This document shows positions 18,338-30,439 of a stretch of DNA of 64,000 nt, piece by piece. Both the position numbers and the translations under genes were made by a program. Numbering within the stretch: position 1 is the first letter of the stretch; each line of letters opens with the position of its first letter. The notes under the pieces are model-generated. The model searched no databases and had not been told where the DNA came from. It was given only the letters and a program-made list of their open reading frames with translations. The stretch is from IMG/VR virus record IMGVR_UViG_3300031616_000001, positions 1 through 64,000 of that record. One strand, written 5' to 3'. This DNA is from a virus.

Positions 18338-18543
18338 TTTCCGTTTCCGTGCTGGAGCGTTGGCTTTACCCCCGCCGCCCAGTCGTCCACCGCTCGTTCG
18401 TTGATCCATAGATCCTTGGCGCCTTCCGGCTTTCTGGCATGCACGCCCTTCAACCAGTACCCGCGGCGGAGACGCGAGTCGACGGCCTCGGCCGTCTCGC
18501 CGGTGCGTCGCAGGTACTCTGGCAAAGGGACCCAATCAGCCAT
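18334..18543 (-). CDS. xis: Excisionase
   Basis: 69 aa directly upstream of int; WVPLPEY...GET.EAV..R...G.W..GVH...LWIN...VDDW. Confidence 0.8.
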   Translation of the reverse strand: MADWVPLPEYLRRTGETAEAVDSRLRRGYWLKGVHARKPEGAKDLWINERAVDDWAAGVKPTLQHGNGK

Positions 18544-18555
18544 GAGTCTATGGAG

Positions 18556-19143
18556 TCAAGGTTTAGTAATGCTTGCGGTGTCGGCCAAAGCAGCGGCCTC
18601 GCGGCGGCCACGCTCTGCCATGTTCATGGATTCGACGACGCGGAAGCTGTCCCACATTCGAAGGCTGGCCAGGCGCGCGATGTCGGCCACGCTGCCGGCG
18701 CCGATCGGCTTGGCTTCGGGGTTCGCCTTTGCCCGCCGGATGAGCTCGACGACGAACTGGTCTGGATCGCGCACGGTGCCCAGCAGGATCACACCGCTCG
18801 CCGGCGACGCCAGCGCATCGATGAGCTCGGGCTTCCAGATGGCTCGCGGCATGGCCACGTAGTGCTTCCACACCTTCGGCGGCCAGTCGCGGTGCACAGG
18901 ATCCGGCCGCGTCTCGCCAACGCGCCACGAGGCCGTGCGCTTCCACCATTTGTCCTTGCGTGCGTCGGCCTTCAGATCGGCCCGCGAGATCTTCACCTCG
19001 ACGTCGACCAGCATGAGTTTCTCGGTGACGACGAGCAGGTCGCACTCGTGACCCGTCCACGTGCAGTTCGGCACGACGACGAGGCCGCGCTTGAATGTCT
19101 GTCGCGCGAGCGCCGCGCCGATCGTGCCTTCAGTCCAGGCCAT
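18556..19143 (-). CDS. PD-(D/E)XK nuclease (MmcB-like)
   Basis: HECDLLVV...DVEVKISRADLKAD..KDK. Confidence 0.7.
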   Translation of the reverse strand: MAWTEGTIGAALARQTFKRGLVVVPNCTWTGHECDLLVVTEKLMLVDVEVKISRADLKADARKDKWWKRTASWRVGETRPDPVHRDWPPKVWKHYVAMPRAIWKPELIDALASPASGVILLGTVRDPDQFVVELIRRAKANPEAKPIGAGSVADIARLASLRMWDSFRVVESMNMAERGRREAAALADTASITKP

Positions 19144-19296
19144 GGGCTTTGATCCATTCAATCCGATCGATATTGGCCTGCAGCGCGATCCGTGCGAGCT
19201 TCGTGGCGCGATGTGCATGCCAGATCGACATGCTCGCGCACACGATCACGAGGACGTCCAGGCCGATCGCGACGCACGTCACGATCATTGATACGC

Positions 19297-20671
19297 TCAA
19301 GACTGCCTCCTGTTCACGAATACGACCGGCGGCATGTCAGCCCGCATCTGCGAGATCTCGCGCGCGATGCGGCTGGGCTTGCGCACGGGCTCGCCGGTCT
19401 TCGGGTTGATGCGCACGCGCACCTCCTTCAGCGTCTTGCCGCAGTTCTGGCAGACGCCGCCCTTGAGGCCACCGCAGTGGTCGCTCCACCGGTGATACGG
19501 GATCAGGTTGGTGTTGTAGCGTGCAGTCCAGACGCTCGGCTCGCTTCCGACCTCGCAGCGCAGCGTCTCGTAGACCGTCGTCGCGTGGACGGTGTCGGCC
19601 AGGTTCTTGTGGTCGTAGGACATCATCCTGGATCCAAGTGCAAATAGGTCTTCTCGCTGGCCTTGTTGTCAGCGCTCATCGTCGAGTGACTGCGCATAAC
19701 CCAGCCGCCCGTCTGCGGCACCGCTTTGATGACGGTCAAGCCATCAACAACGGCGTAGTCACTGAAAACGTCGACGACGACTTCCATCTCGTTAGGGTGC
19801 TCGTTGAGCAGTTTCTTCAAATCTCCGACGTTCATCAGAACAACTCCGGTTCGTTGTCGCGCCGCTCCGCGAGGTGCGTCGGGCACAGATGCTTGTCGTG
19901 CTCGATCTCATGCGCGTGATCGACGCACAGCGGCGCGTCGCAGGTGCTGCCATCCAGCAGCACGTGGTCGCATAGGACCGAGCTAATCGCGCAACACCGC
20001 ATGGTCGCACCGATGGCCGGCGAGCCGCGCGGAATGCGCGCGCAGCACGGTGCCGGCGCGGGACGCTTCGCGGTGTTCGTCATCTTGAGGTGCATGAAGC
20101 CCGAGCCGTGACGGTAGGTCGGCATCTCATTGAACTCCGCCGACGCCGCAAACGTACTGCGCGCCGCGGCACACGTGCGTCATGCTCGCGCGCTGCTCAT
20201 CGGTGATCGTCGACATCGTCAGCAGCTTGAAGTCGATGTCTGTGAACGGCGGCTCGAAGCCGCGGATGCGAATCGTCCCCGGCGGCGGCCATTGAATGCC
20301 GAGCTCACTGCATCGCAGTCGCTTCTTACCGCCGCTCGGGAGAACGAAGATCAGGAAGTCGTCTTCGAATGTCATCGGGAGCCCTTCTTTGATGCAGCGA
20401 AGGCTGCCTGCAGGTCAGGCATCGTCGCGAGCGCGCGAGCCGCAACGGGGTCGTGGCCGGTGGCCTTCCGCACGGCATGACGCATCGGCTCGTGATCGAA
20501 CTCACTGTCGGCCAGCGCGGCTTCGAGCAGCGCGACCTGCTTGTTGTCGATCACGGCGCACGCGCAACAGATGAAGACGCGCTGGCCGGCCGCGGTCAGG
20601 CGTACGCGCCGGCCAGCCACGTCACGCGGCTGATCGCAGGAGAAGCACAGGAACCTCACGAGGCGGTCCAT
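19297..20671 (-). other. Cluster of small hypothetical genes, several with Cys/His Zn-finger-like motifs (19297-19626, 19623-19835, 19835-20125, 20127-20375, 20372-20671)
   Basis: Tightly coupled minus-strand ORFs with overlapping start/stop codons and CxxC motifs. Confidence 0.55.
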
Positions 20672-21198
20672 GGCTGAAGCTTCGCGGTCTTCGGAATCTT
20701 GTGCTTGCCGCGAGCGAGCGGATGCATGGGGTGACCGTTCTGGCATGCGCCGAGCCGGTACACGGGCTTGCCTTCGGCGGCCGCAGCGCGGATCAACTCG
20801 TCGACTCGCAGGTACCAGTTCTCAGCGCGCCATCCCATCGAGCCCCACCCGGTCAGGATGGCGCTGCACGAAGCGAGCTCAGTCTCGACGACGTCGAAGT
20901 TGTCGCGCATCGCCTGGTCCGATTCCGGCGTCGGCGTGCTGCTGTTGATGGCTTTCAGGAACTCGAATACTCGCGCCGTCGTAGAACTGCGAAGCGGGCA
21001 CAGATTGACCACGGTGATGCCGCCGTAGCCGTTGTGGCTGGCGATGTGCGTGAGCAGCGTGACGGTCTTGTCGTTGACGGCGTGGTCGGCGTCCGATGGA
21101 TTGAACATGACAACCAGCAGCATCGGCCGATCGTCCCATACGCGCGTGAGCGTCCAGCGGAAGCGACCGCAGTCGGAGATGGTCGCGGTCATCTTCAT
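20656..21198 (-). CDS. DUF1643 family protein
   Basis: ISDCGRFRWTLTRVW...VMFNPSDAD...VVNL...WG...GHPMHPL. Confidence 0.85.
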   Translation of the reverse strand: MKMTATISDCGRFRWTLTRVWDDRPMLLVVMFNPSDADHAVNDKTVTLLTHIASHNGYGGITVVNLCPLRSSTTARVFEFLKAINSSTPTPESDQAMRDNFDVVETELASCSAILTGWGSMGWRAENWYLRVDELIRAAAAEGKPVYRLGACQNGHPMHPLARGKHKIPKTAKLQPWTAS

Positions 21199-21448
21199 TT
21201 CGACTTCGCCTTCCGGAAGACCTTCAGCGTGATCGTGACCGTGGTGTGGCCGGTTGGCGCGATCCTGTCGAAAGCGCCGTACGGCGGCGACGTCTGGATT
21301 TTGGCGGTGTCGTGATCCTGCGCGATGTCGACCTGCCGGATCTCGCTGCGGCGATCGTCGAGCACGTCCTGAATCGTCTTCATTGCGAGCCGCGCGCCGC
21401 CGCGGATCTCGCGGTTCGTGGCCTTGTGCAATAGCTTGTAGTGGCCCA

Positions 21449-21724
21449 TCAGAGAGCCGCCTGCTTGATGCGATTCCACGCCTGACGCGCGGTGATCTTG
21501 TACGTGATGCCAACCATCTGCGCGCGCACGAACATCGCGCGATCGACCGCGGTGACGGGCGCGCGATCCGCGGGGAAGCTGGTCGACCGCTTGACGCCGT
21601 CGGCCCACCAGCTCACGTCGACGAAAAGTCGAGGCATGCCGGTGCGCGTGCGGCGCGCGCGCAGTCGGATGCCTGGGATGCCGCTGGTGTTGGTGCGGCG
21701 GAGCTCGTTGACGACGCGACTCAC
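21449..21724 (-). CDS. AP2-like DNA-binding domain protein
   Basis: RRTNTSGIPGI...VSW..DG.KRS.SF motif. Confidence 0.55.
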   Translation of the reverse strand: MSRVVNELRRTNTSGIPGIRLRARRTRTGMPRLFVDVSWWADGVKRSTSFPADRAPVTAVDRAMFVRAQMVGITYKITARQAWNRIKQAAL

Positions 21725-22410
21725 GGTTGAATCTCCTTGAATGAAACTGCCCAGATCCATGGATTAGTCTTGTGCGACGCCGCGCCGTTGATCGAGTCCC
21801 AAAGCGTCTGATAGCTGGTTCGCGGCTTGATGCATAGACCGGACGGATCCATGTAGTCGCGCCAGCCTTCATCGATCGGCTCGATGCCTTCGGCGATCGC
21901 ATCGGCGTCGCTGATGCTGTTGAGTCGCTCGATGCGCACATCGGTAATTTCGAGCAGGATGCGGCTGGCCCAGCGCGGCATGTGGATCGCCGGCCGCCAG
22001 GTGATGGGGCCGTGCAACCAACTCGCGCGGTAGAGGCAATAGTTTGGGTGCCTGAAGCGCTCAGGGATCAGATCCAGCGGCGCGCCCTTGCAGCCGTAGA
22101 ACTGCGTCGCCGGCCACGTGCCATCGACGGGTGCATCGAACTGGTGGGTCTCTCGCACCCATAGCCTGTCGCCCTCGAGGCCATATGGGCTGCGCAGCGG
22201 CTTCGAGCGATCCTCCCAGCAGCTGCCGGCACCGCGCGAGAACAAACTCCAGGTCTCGCCAAAGCGTTGCACCGACAGCCCGGTGAACGACAGATTCAGG
22301 CCGGGGTCCGTCTTGAACTTCGCCACGCGACGCGTCTGCGTCTTCGGACTTGTCTCGCGTCGCAGCGCCGTGATCATCGGCGCGCTGAAGATAATGCCTC
22401 TCTCCTTCAC
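21721..22410 (-). CDS. Conserved phage protein (ASCH/PUA-like)
   Basis: KERGIIFSAPM...KTQTRR...GDRLWVRET...W.PAIHMPRWASRILLEIT.VRIERL..IS..DA.AEG...NPWIW. Confidence 0.8.
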   Translation of the reverse strand: MKERGIIFSAPMITALRRETSPKTQTRRVAKFKTDPGLNLSFTGLSVQRFGETWSLFSRGAGSCWEDRSKPLRSPYGLEGDRLWVRETHQFDAPVDGTWPATQFYGCKGAPLDLIPERFRHPNYCLYRASWLHGPITWRPAIHMPRWASRILLEITDVRIERLNSISDADAIAEGIEPIDEGWRDYMDPSGLCIKPRTSYQTLWDSINGAASHKTNPWIWAVSFKEIQP

Positions 22411-25400
22411 ACCGAACTCCCAACTGGCGCAGGCTTCGGCGCCGCTGGATCTCGGTCGTCGTCATCGTCCCCAGGAAGCGGGCCAGGCCATGCAGTAAGG
22501 ATGCCGTGGCCCTTCACGATGCACGGCGGATTCAGCGGACACCCCGAGCAATCAAGGTCCACAACCATTTTGCAAGGAATGGTTCGGCGGCAGTGGGTGC
22601 AGTCGAAGGGCTCCGTGTGCAGATGATGGAGGGCTTGGGCGATTGCGAGCTCGTCGGGGGTCATGGTGTCTCTCCTAGCGTCCCTGCCCTGGGGCTTAAT
22701 GCGAGAGCAGCGCGAACCATTGCTCGGAGGTTTTCTCGGGTCCCTGACCCGAGGTGTTGTGCGATCAATGAATCGACAAGCTCCGGGCTCGCCTCCCGCC
22801 CATCCGTCGCTACCTCTAGGCCGCGGCGGGGGTTAAGAGCGGAAGCAAATCCAGCTATCAGTTCAGCCGCCGCATGACGTGCGATCTTGTGACCCTGCCG
22901 AAATGCCTGGCCTGGGTTGTCGCCGTTGGACAACCAAGGTGGACTCCGTAGATTCATGATCCTGTTGTGCAGCCCATCCACCGCGGCCACTGCAATAGCA
23001 GGGGTGGCGCGGAACAGAGGCTCGCTGTAGAACTTGATGCTGCCGCCCTGAACGCGAAACGCATCCTCGCTGGCCCATGTCAGGGTGTAGGGCTTGCCGT
23101 CAGGATAAAACCACGCAAGTGCGAACGGCGCCTCGCTCGGCTGTTCTCCTGGCCCAGCCGCGATGTGGTAGCGGTTGTCAACAAGAGCCTTCGGGATCGT
23201 CACGCTCACGCCGGGCGTCTTGATCGGTTGGACCGCAGCGCATAGCAGTTTGAACCGTGCGTACTCAAGCGCCGGCAGCGCGAAGTCCCGCAGCGCCATG
23301 CCTTGGTGACGCAGGTCCATCTCGGATGACATGAGGCAGTGGCTGGCGGCTTCGCAAAAGTCGTCGTCGTTTTCGATGCGTACCGGGCTCGGCTCTGTGG
23401 GTTCTCCTGCTCCAGTAGGAGGGGCGTCCAGTTCCATCAACGCTTTCTTGATGAGCCGTGCCGCGTATCCGGCGTTGTGCCACTGTGGAACGCCGTCAAC
23501 CACTTCCTGCGCAGCTTCTAGGGCTTTGCGCACGATGCTCGGCTGGGCCACTGCTACTGCTGGGGTTGGATTGGGGGTCATGGGTGTTGGTCCTGGTTAT
23601 TTGCTCGGAGCATCAGTCATGCCCTCATGCCCCAATGCACCTTGACCACGCTCGACTTTGTCAGCACGATCCCGGCGTCATCGAGCATCACCTTCGTGGG
23701 CAGCGCGCGACCGTGCAGCACCTTGCTCACGAATGGCGAACTGACGCCCCAAGCCTCGGCAGCGGTCTTCTGCAAGGCGTACTTGCGGCGGATGTGCAGC
23801 AACAGCGTCTCGCACAAGCTCGGCACCATGCCCTCGTGCTCACCACTCTCGGGCTTCGGGCCAGGGAAGGCGCGTGGCGTGCGAAGGTCGGCAGCTCTCA
23901 TCCGTTGTACTCCGGCAGTTGATCGATCAGCCACTGGATTGCGGCTTCGTCGTTGTCGTCGGGCATCCGCGCGCTCGCGTCGATGCCGGTCTCGCCGCGC
24001 TGCCATTCGAGGAACTTGGCGAGTGCGGGCGAAGTGATCGAATCTCGCGCCGCCCAATACAACTCCACCTTCAACGAGTTAGGAACATCGTGGTCCTTCC
24101 AAACTGGTAGGTTGATGATGGTGTCGTTGTCCATGTCAGTCCCTTTGTTGAATGCGGCATGAAGACGTGCCGCTGCGTCGTTGTTGATTTGGTCGTGGTC
24201 ATTCATTTGGGTTTACTCCACGTATCTATTACAGCCACTGCGGCGCCGGTGGCAGACGCGGCTTCGGCTCCGACCGATTCGTAGGATCCTTTGTTGGCAT
24301 GGTTCCTTCTAAGCTCATGGCTTGCCACCCCTCGACGCATCAGACCCAAGCGGCAGCGTGGTGGACGCAGCATCAACAGGATGAGCAGAACCATCGTTCT
24401 CTTCTCCCTGTTCCCGCAGGAGTTGGGCGGCGTACAGCGCACGCACCTCATACATTCGCTGCCCTTGATAGGCGAACTCACGCAACGCTGCAACGCGCTG
24501 CTCAAGCGTCTGGATGCGCGACCACGGCTTGACTTCTTCCCAGCTATTTAGGCCGTTCACATGTCGGTACTGCCAAAGCACCGGCTCCTGTTCTGCCGCA
24601 GCAAGGGTGCGGACCTCTGCCTCTATGGAGCTTCGCCCCATCAACTCCAGGCTGCGTTCGCTCGGTGGCTTTCGTGCATCGAGCGTGCTGTCAAGCCTGC
24701 CTGTTCCAACTTTGGTGATCAGGTCGGCAGCCGCAATCGTTCCGATGTCAAGAAGTTTTCTGTAGCGCAGAGCGTCTTCCGTCAGCAGGGCCGGCGCCTT
24801 GGGGCTCATGCTGCGTGCTCCGTGGCTTTGATGGCGGGGCATGATGGCTGCTCGCACCACTCGCCGTCGTCTCGGCGATCGGCATGCGTGCACTGTGCGA
24901 CGCCAGCATTGATCTTGATGCCCTCGTAGCACGGGCACAGTTCGCGCGCAGCCGCGAAGACTTGTTCGTCCTGCGGCATCGACAACCCGGCGGGGCGCAA
25001 TTGGCGGGCCATCTTGGTGCCAGAATTGGCGCAACCTGTGCACCCACCGCCGCCGCAATCCCGGTGGTCGATCAGGATTCGTGGCGTGTGCTGCGCACGC
25101 ACCTTGGTACTCATGCTGCGCTTCCGGTTGATTGGTTCACGAAACCGGAGTCAAGTAGGACCGTGTCGGCGGCACCGCGTGACTTGATGTTGAGGGTTTC
25201 GCTGGCGCCGTGACATACGCCGTGGTCGATGAAGCCCGCAGCGATGACTTCGCTCTCGCGCAGCTTTCTGCACCAGTCGCGCGACGTGCCAAAGCGGATG
25301 GCCTCAAGCGCTTCGGCCATGCGGTCATGGTCGACAGTGCGCGGGAATACGAAGACGACTTCCTCCCCATCAAGGACTGTGACGAGGTACTTCATCGGGC

Positions 25401-28400
25401 GCTCCCAGCGAGGCTTGGGTGAGATTCGAGCCCGATCTGATAGGCCGCCATCGCGAACTTGAACAGCGGCACGACCGCCGGCGCGTTGTCCTCGCCGCGC
25501 CACCAGCCGCAGAGCGCATCGAAGTAGCCAGGCAGGCCGGCGTTTTCACCGGCCCGTTGAACGATGGCGAGTTGCTGTTCCGTGGTCGGACCCGAGGCGG
25601 AGAACTTCAAGCGGCCTTGCTCGTCTCGCCAGATCTGATCGGTCGCGGCGCGCTTTGCCACCTGAAGCGCGGCCAGCCTTGCGTACTTCTCCTCGGTCGT
25701 ATGGCCGTCCCACTGACCGGCGTACGGCGGCAGGCCGTCGAAGAGGTAGGCCTGCGAGTCATGAAAGTGCCAAGAGCACTGGCCGGTTGGCACGTCAACG
25801 TACACGACTCCGTGCCAGTCTTCAGACCAGCCTTCGATTGCCGTGCGCGCGATGCCTGACGGAAAGGCCTTGGCCAGCGCTGCGACGACCTGATTGCGCT
25901 CGAGGTAGGCGGCGTCATTGCGCCGTTCCATGGCGTCGACCAGGTCGAAGTTCGGCGCCTCGCCGAGCGGCGGCTTCCAGAGTTCGCCGCCTTCGAACGT
26001 GTAGCCGAGGCGTTGGAGCGTCGCCGCCGCCGACATTGAACGCTGGCACTGCGCGCGCCACACTCCCAAGAGAGCCTCGGCGTCGGCCAGCGTCTTCTCA
26101 AGCCCGTGCTTGTCGAGGTAGTGGCCGCCGTCGCCGTGGATGCGCGCGAGCAGATTGCGCAGCATGCTGGACTCGCTGAGGTAGTCACGGTTGGAATTCG
26201 CGGAAGCTGCATCGTCCGCCGCGACTTCGTGATAGGACGGCATGCCGACCGGTGTAATCCGGGTGGCATCCACGGCAGTCCAATGCTTTGACATGGCTGT
26301 GGCCTGCGCTTGTGACACCCGCGATGGGTGCACTTCCTTGGGCTCATAGCCGCTGTCGTACGTCGCATCCATTGCGCGCTCGGCTTCCGCAGCAAGCCAG
26401 TCGCCGCTGACCGCTTTGCCAGCCATCGACACGCAGGCATTGCCGAACTTGAACATCGCGATGATGGATGCGTGTGGCCGGCCGTACGTGTCTGGGTTCA
26501 TGCCGCGGAAGTGCGAGACCAGGCTGTGCATCTGCGCCCAGCGCGTGGTGTCGTCGCGCGCGATGCACTCCGGCAGCAGGTTGAAGTCGTAGAGCAGGCT
26601 CTGCAGCAGTGGCACGGCGTTGATCAACGCGTAGGCGTCGCGGTCTTGCTCGAGCGTCGCCGGGTCCTTCGGGTCGTAGATCCCCGGGAGCCGCGGCGGC
26701 ATCGTGCGTACGACCGTGCAGCCGTCCGCACTCCTCGCCGGCCACACCGTGACGACCGGCCGGTGGTTGCCCATGGCGAGCGGCGGCAGAGGCTCGAGGT
26801 GGATGGTCAGGTTCAGCCCGAGCTCATGCGCGAGTCGGACCAGGTTGGCAGCCTGGACCTCGACGGTCAGGACGTGCTGTTCTGTGTTCATGTCGTCACC
26901 CAGTTGGAGCCCGGTATCGGGCGGAGTTGGATCTGCACCTCGCGGATCAGCTGCGGCACGGCGTTGCCAACCGTCGATGCATCGGTGTTCCTGATGGCGA
27001 CGTTGTCGACGTGCTGGCCGGTCGCGATCTCAAGCTCGGCGAGCACCGATGCGATGCGCAGCTGCGCGTATTCGACTGCGTTCATTGCGTGCCTTTCAGA
27101 GATCAGCTTCATCGAGCCACCACGCGACGAAGAACGTCAGCGGGCCCCTGCCGTCGGGACGCACGATCTGTCCGGCGATGATGGGATCGGCCGCGCGGTA
27201 TGCCGGTGCGATGCCGAGCGCATCGAAGATCTTCATGTGAAGCGCGCGGCCAACCTCTTCGATGATTTGCGGCTTCATCGCGCGGATCGGCAGATCGATG
27301 CCGTGTTGCCAGTTGCCGTTCTTGAACAGCGTGACCGTGTAGTCTTGCTTCGCGCTATTCGTGCGCTGCACAGTGCCGGCTTCGACGCGCGCAACCGCCG
27401 GGTTCTCGTAGCGGCCTTCGCCTACGGGCAGAGAGACAGGCTTCATCTCTTGCTGCCATCGGCTATCGCTCACGTTGTCCGGCGTGCTGACGCGATTGGT
27501 CCGGATGGCGAACAGCTGAATGTCGAACGGCGGGATGATGTAGTAGCCGGCCTCGAGTGCCGCCTTCACCTTCTCGTAGAACTTGACGCGTCGGTTCGCC
27601 TTCGCTGCGATGGCCTCGACAGGCCGCGTGCGGAGGCCGGCCTTCTGCAGTGCCAGAAACGTTTCCTTCGCGTTCGCAAGGTCTCCATTGGCGTCGGCCA
27701 GCTTGGCGCTGATCCAGCCGATCGTGGTGGCTTGGGCCTCTTGCATCTGCTGGGGGTTCACTGCGATGATTGCATTCATTGCGATCTCCTCTTGGATTCG
27801 TCGACGAGCGCGTCGACACGGTTCATTAGGTCGGTGCGCAGCTTCAACGTCTTGAAGTGGCCAGCCTCCGAAGTTCGAAGAACCTTACCGGCTGCGATTT
27901 CCGCGAGTAGCGCCTCGGCCGCGTCGACCCGCTCCTGCATCTCGCAGGCGAACTCGACGATGAGACTGCTGTGCGTGGCCAGCACCTTGCCGATCTCCTC
28001 CAGCGTGCGGGCGTTGAAGGCCTCGGCGTGCTGACGGGCGAATTCGCGGCGATCAGTCATGCTCTCCGCCTTCCGAGTCCGCTCCGGCGCGCGGCGGGAA
28101 CGGCCATGCTGCGCGCGGGTTCAACTTCGGGCTCACGCGGCCGCGCTGCGCGATAGAGCCGGCCGGCTCATCGTCTTCCGACTGCAGTTCATCGAAGCGC
28201 TGCAGCGCGAGATCACGATCGGCAAAGCAGAACCGCGTCGACCAGCCGAATCGCGTCACGCCGAGCACGACGGCTCGCGTGGTGAAGAGCTCGATCACGG
28301 CGGCTACTGATCCGTCGGGCAGCACCCGCGCTGCGATGTAGCCGTTCTCCTCGCTGAGGAGCCAGGCGACCAGCTCATCGAGTTGCTGGCAGTCAGCCAT

Positions 28401-28842
28401 GGCGCGCCTCGGTGTAGCCCGTGATCGCCATGTCCGGGCCGTGGCCGTCCTGGTAGATCGAATTGACGAGCGACTGCATCGTGTCCGCCTGCTCGAGGCG
28501 CTCCGGCGCGACCAGTTTGACGCGGGCGATCGCGATCTCCGTGGCGCGCGCCAGCGTCATCGAGATCCACATGCGCTGGCCGTGATGCGGCTTGTGGTCG
28601 GGCACACACCAGTCGGACCCGAAGGCATCGTGAAGTAGATCCGGCCGACCGCAGCTCGGGCAAGCCGTACCGAAGGGCGTCACGCCGTCGCGGCTGTTCC
28701 AGATCACCTCGCGGTGCGCGCAGGATCGGCACACGTAGAGCATTAGGGCGAATGCCTCGACGTGCTGGTAGCCGCGCAGTTCTGCTGCCTTGCGCGCCGG
28801 CATGCCGGGTTGCGAGGAATAGGCTGACAGAAAGCCACTCAC
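22407..28842 (-). other. Run of hypothetical early genes (22407-22664, 22661-23581, 23898-24206, 24315-24809, 24806-25114, 25111-25395, 25392-26891, 26888-27112, 27096-27779, 27776-28060, 28053-28400, 28393-28842)
   Basis: Consecutive, mostly overlapping minus-strand ORFs; no function recognised. Confidence 0.55.
23617..23901 (-). CDS. HTH (XRE-like) DNA-binding protein
   Basis: QKTAAEAWGVSSPFVSKVLHGRALPT. Confidence 0.6.
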   Translation of the reverse strand: MRAADLRTPRAFPGPKPESGEHEGMVPSLCETLLLHIRRKYALQKTAAEAWGVSSPFVSKVLHGRALPTKVMLDDAGIVLTKSSVVKVHWGMRA

Positions 28843-29864
28843 GATTGAACCTCCGGGTACTGGTCGTGCAGCACGCCGTCGAGATGACGACCGGCCTTTT
28901 TCTTTCCGACGTGGACGACAGTGGAGCCGTCAGAGAACTGGTGCATCGGACTCGTCGCGCTGCCCATGAACGCAGCGGCGTCATCGTCGAGCCAGTTGCC
29001 GTTCTGCTTGTGAAGGTGCGCGGTTCCGTGCTTTGCGCATTGATCGCGCAGGGATCTGAACCAGGCCGTCTTCGAAGGTCGAGCGCCGACACCACTCTCG
29101 CCACCCGTCACGACCCAGTCGATCTTCGGCACGTCGTACTGCCCGACCTTCGTCGAACGCTTGCCTTCGAGCGCGTTGTCGCAATAGGTCCAGTCGCTGT
29201 CGCGGTCGTCGGGTTGGTCTCGCGATGCCGATGTCGGGCTGCTCCGCATCAGCTCGTCAAGCCTGATCTCGCCGAGTAACGGCTCAGCGCTGACCCAGCG
29301 CACGGCGGCTGGCGTGTCCTGCAGATGCGGGACACGCTCCTCGGCCGTCGCCTGGTCCTCGGCGCTGACGCCCATCCACATGTTGGGCAGCGGCCACTGC
29401 GTGAGAGCCTCTATCGGATTGCCGCCGAGCGCGAGGATCTGTTTCTCGATCGGTCCGTAGTCGGCGGCGAAGCGCTTCATATAGTCGCGCATCCGCGCTG
29501 AGCGCTTCGTCAAGACCTGGAATGTGTGCTGCGGCGCCATGGCCATGACGGCAAAGACCTTGTCGATCCACTCGTCGGGTACGCCTTCATAGAACAGATC
29601 GCCGTGGGCGACGACAAAGATCAGCCTGCCGCGTTTCCACGTCAACGGCTGGCGCAACCACGGCTCGTTGAAGCGGACCTCGCCGTTCCAGACTGGCCCG
29701 GCAGCGCTCGGCTGAGTCAGACCGGCCCGCGACGGATGATGTTGAAGACGGGTGCCGGCCAACCTCATCGCATAGCAATTCGTGCAGCCCTTTGTCTTCA
29801 CCTTGCAGCCGGTGATGACGTTCCAAGTAGCATCGCTCCACTCGATCTGTGTCGAATCAGCCAT
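28839..29864 (-). CDS. Phage Gp37/Gp68 (DUF5131) radical-SAM-like protein
   Basis: TQIEWSDATWNVITGCKVKTKGCTNCYA (CX6CX2C); HTFQVLTKR; WVSAEPLLG; IDWVVTGGESG; HKQNG. Confidence 0.9.
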   Translation of the reverse strand: MADSTQIEWSDATWNVITGCKVKTKGCTNCYAMRLAGTRLQHHPSRAGLTQPSAAGPVWNGEVRFNEPWLRQPLTWKRGRLIFVVAHGDLFYEGVPDEWIDKVFAVMAMAPQHTFQVLTKRSARMRDYMKRFAADYGPIEKQILALGGNPIEALTQWPLPNMWMGVSAEDQATAEERVPHLQDTPAAVRWVSAEPLLGEIRLDELMRSSPTSASRDQPDDRDSDWTYCDNALEGKRSTKVGQYDVPKIDWVVTGGESGVGARPSKTAWFRSLRDQCAKHGTAHLHKQNGNWLDDDAAAFMGSATSPMHQFSDGSTVVHVGKKKAGRHLDGVLHDQYPEVQS

Positions 29865-30439
29865 CGAACTTCTCCTTGCCGCTCGCCATCTGCTGGAGCG
29901 GACTGGGGTGAGCACCTGGTGGCGCGATAGCGAGGCGCGCCTCGAGGCCGTCGATGCTCATGGCCGCGCCACCGGCCAGCGAGCCAGCTGGCAGGCCGAG
30001 GAACTGAAACTTGGCATAGCACATGCCGCAGCGGATGCGCACGTCGGCAGTGAAGCCGCCGGTGTCGGTCAAACGCGTGACATCGACGCTGGCCTCGAAC
30101 CTCGGGTGCTCGCAGCTGCTACTCATGGTTTGGCCTCGATGAACCCAGGGATGCGCCGCAGCGTCTCGACCGTCACGCCCTCGTGCTTGAGCGCTAGCCC
30201 GGATTCGCGGATGTAGCCGACGCCGGTCTCGAGGTCGCGCAGGTGCGGCGCCACATCGAGATCGACGCGAATCTCCATCCACGTCGCCACTTCGAACTCG
30301 AGCTTCGAATACGGCAGACCCTGGCCGGGAACGCCCATCAATGGCAGCACGACCAGGCGCTGTTTGAGCAGCGCCTCTGGGACGGGGACCGTGCCGAGAA
30401 CCTTGGTTGCCTGACAACAGCACCTGACCTCCATGCGCT

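Noticed and set aside
26328-28034. 568-aa plus-strand ORF
   Set aside because: Antisense shadow of coupled minus-strand genes in high-GC DNA; no recognisable domain.
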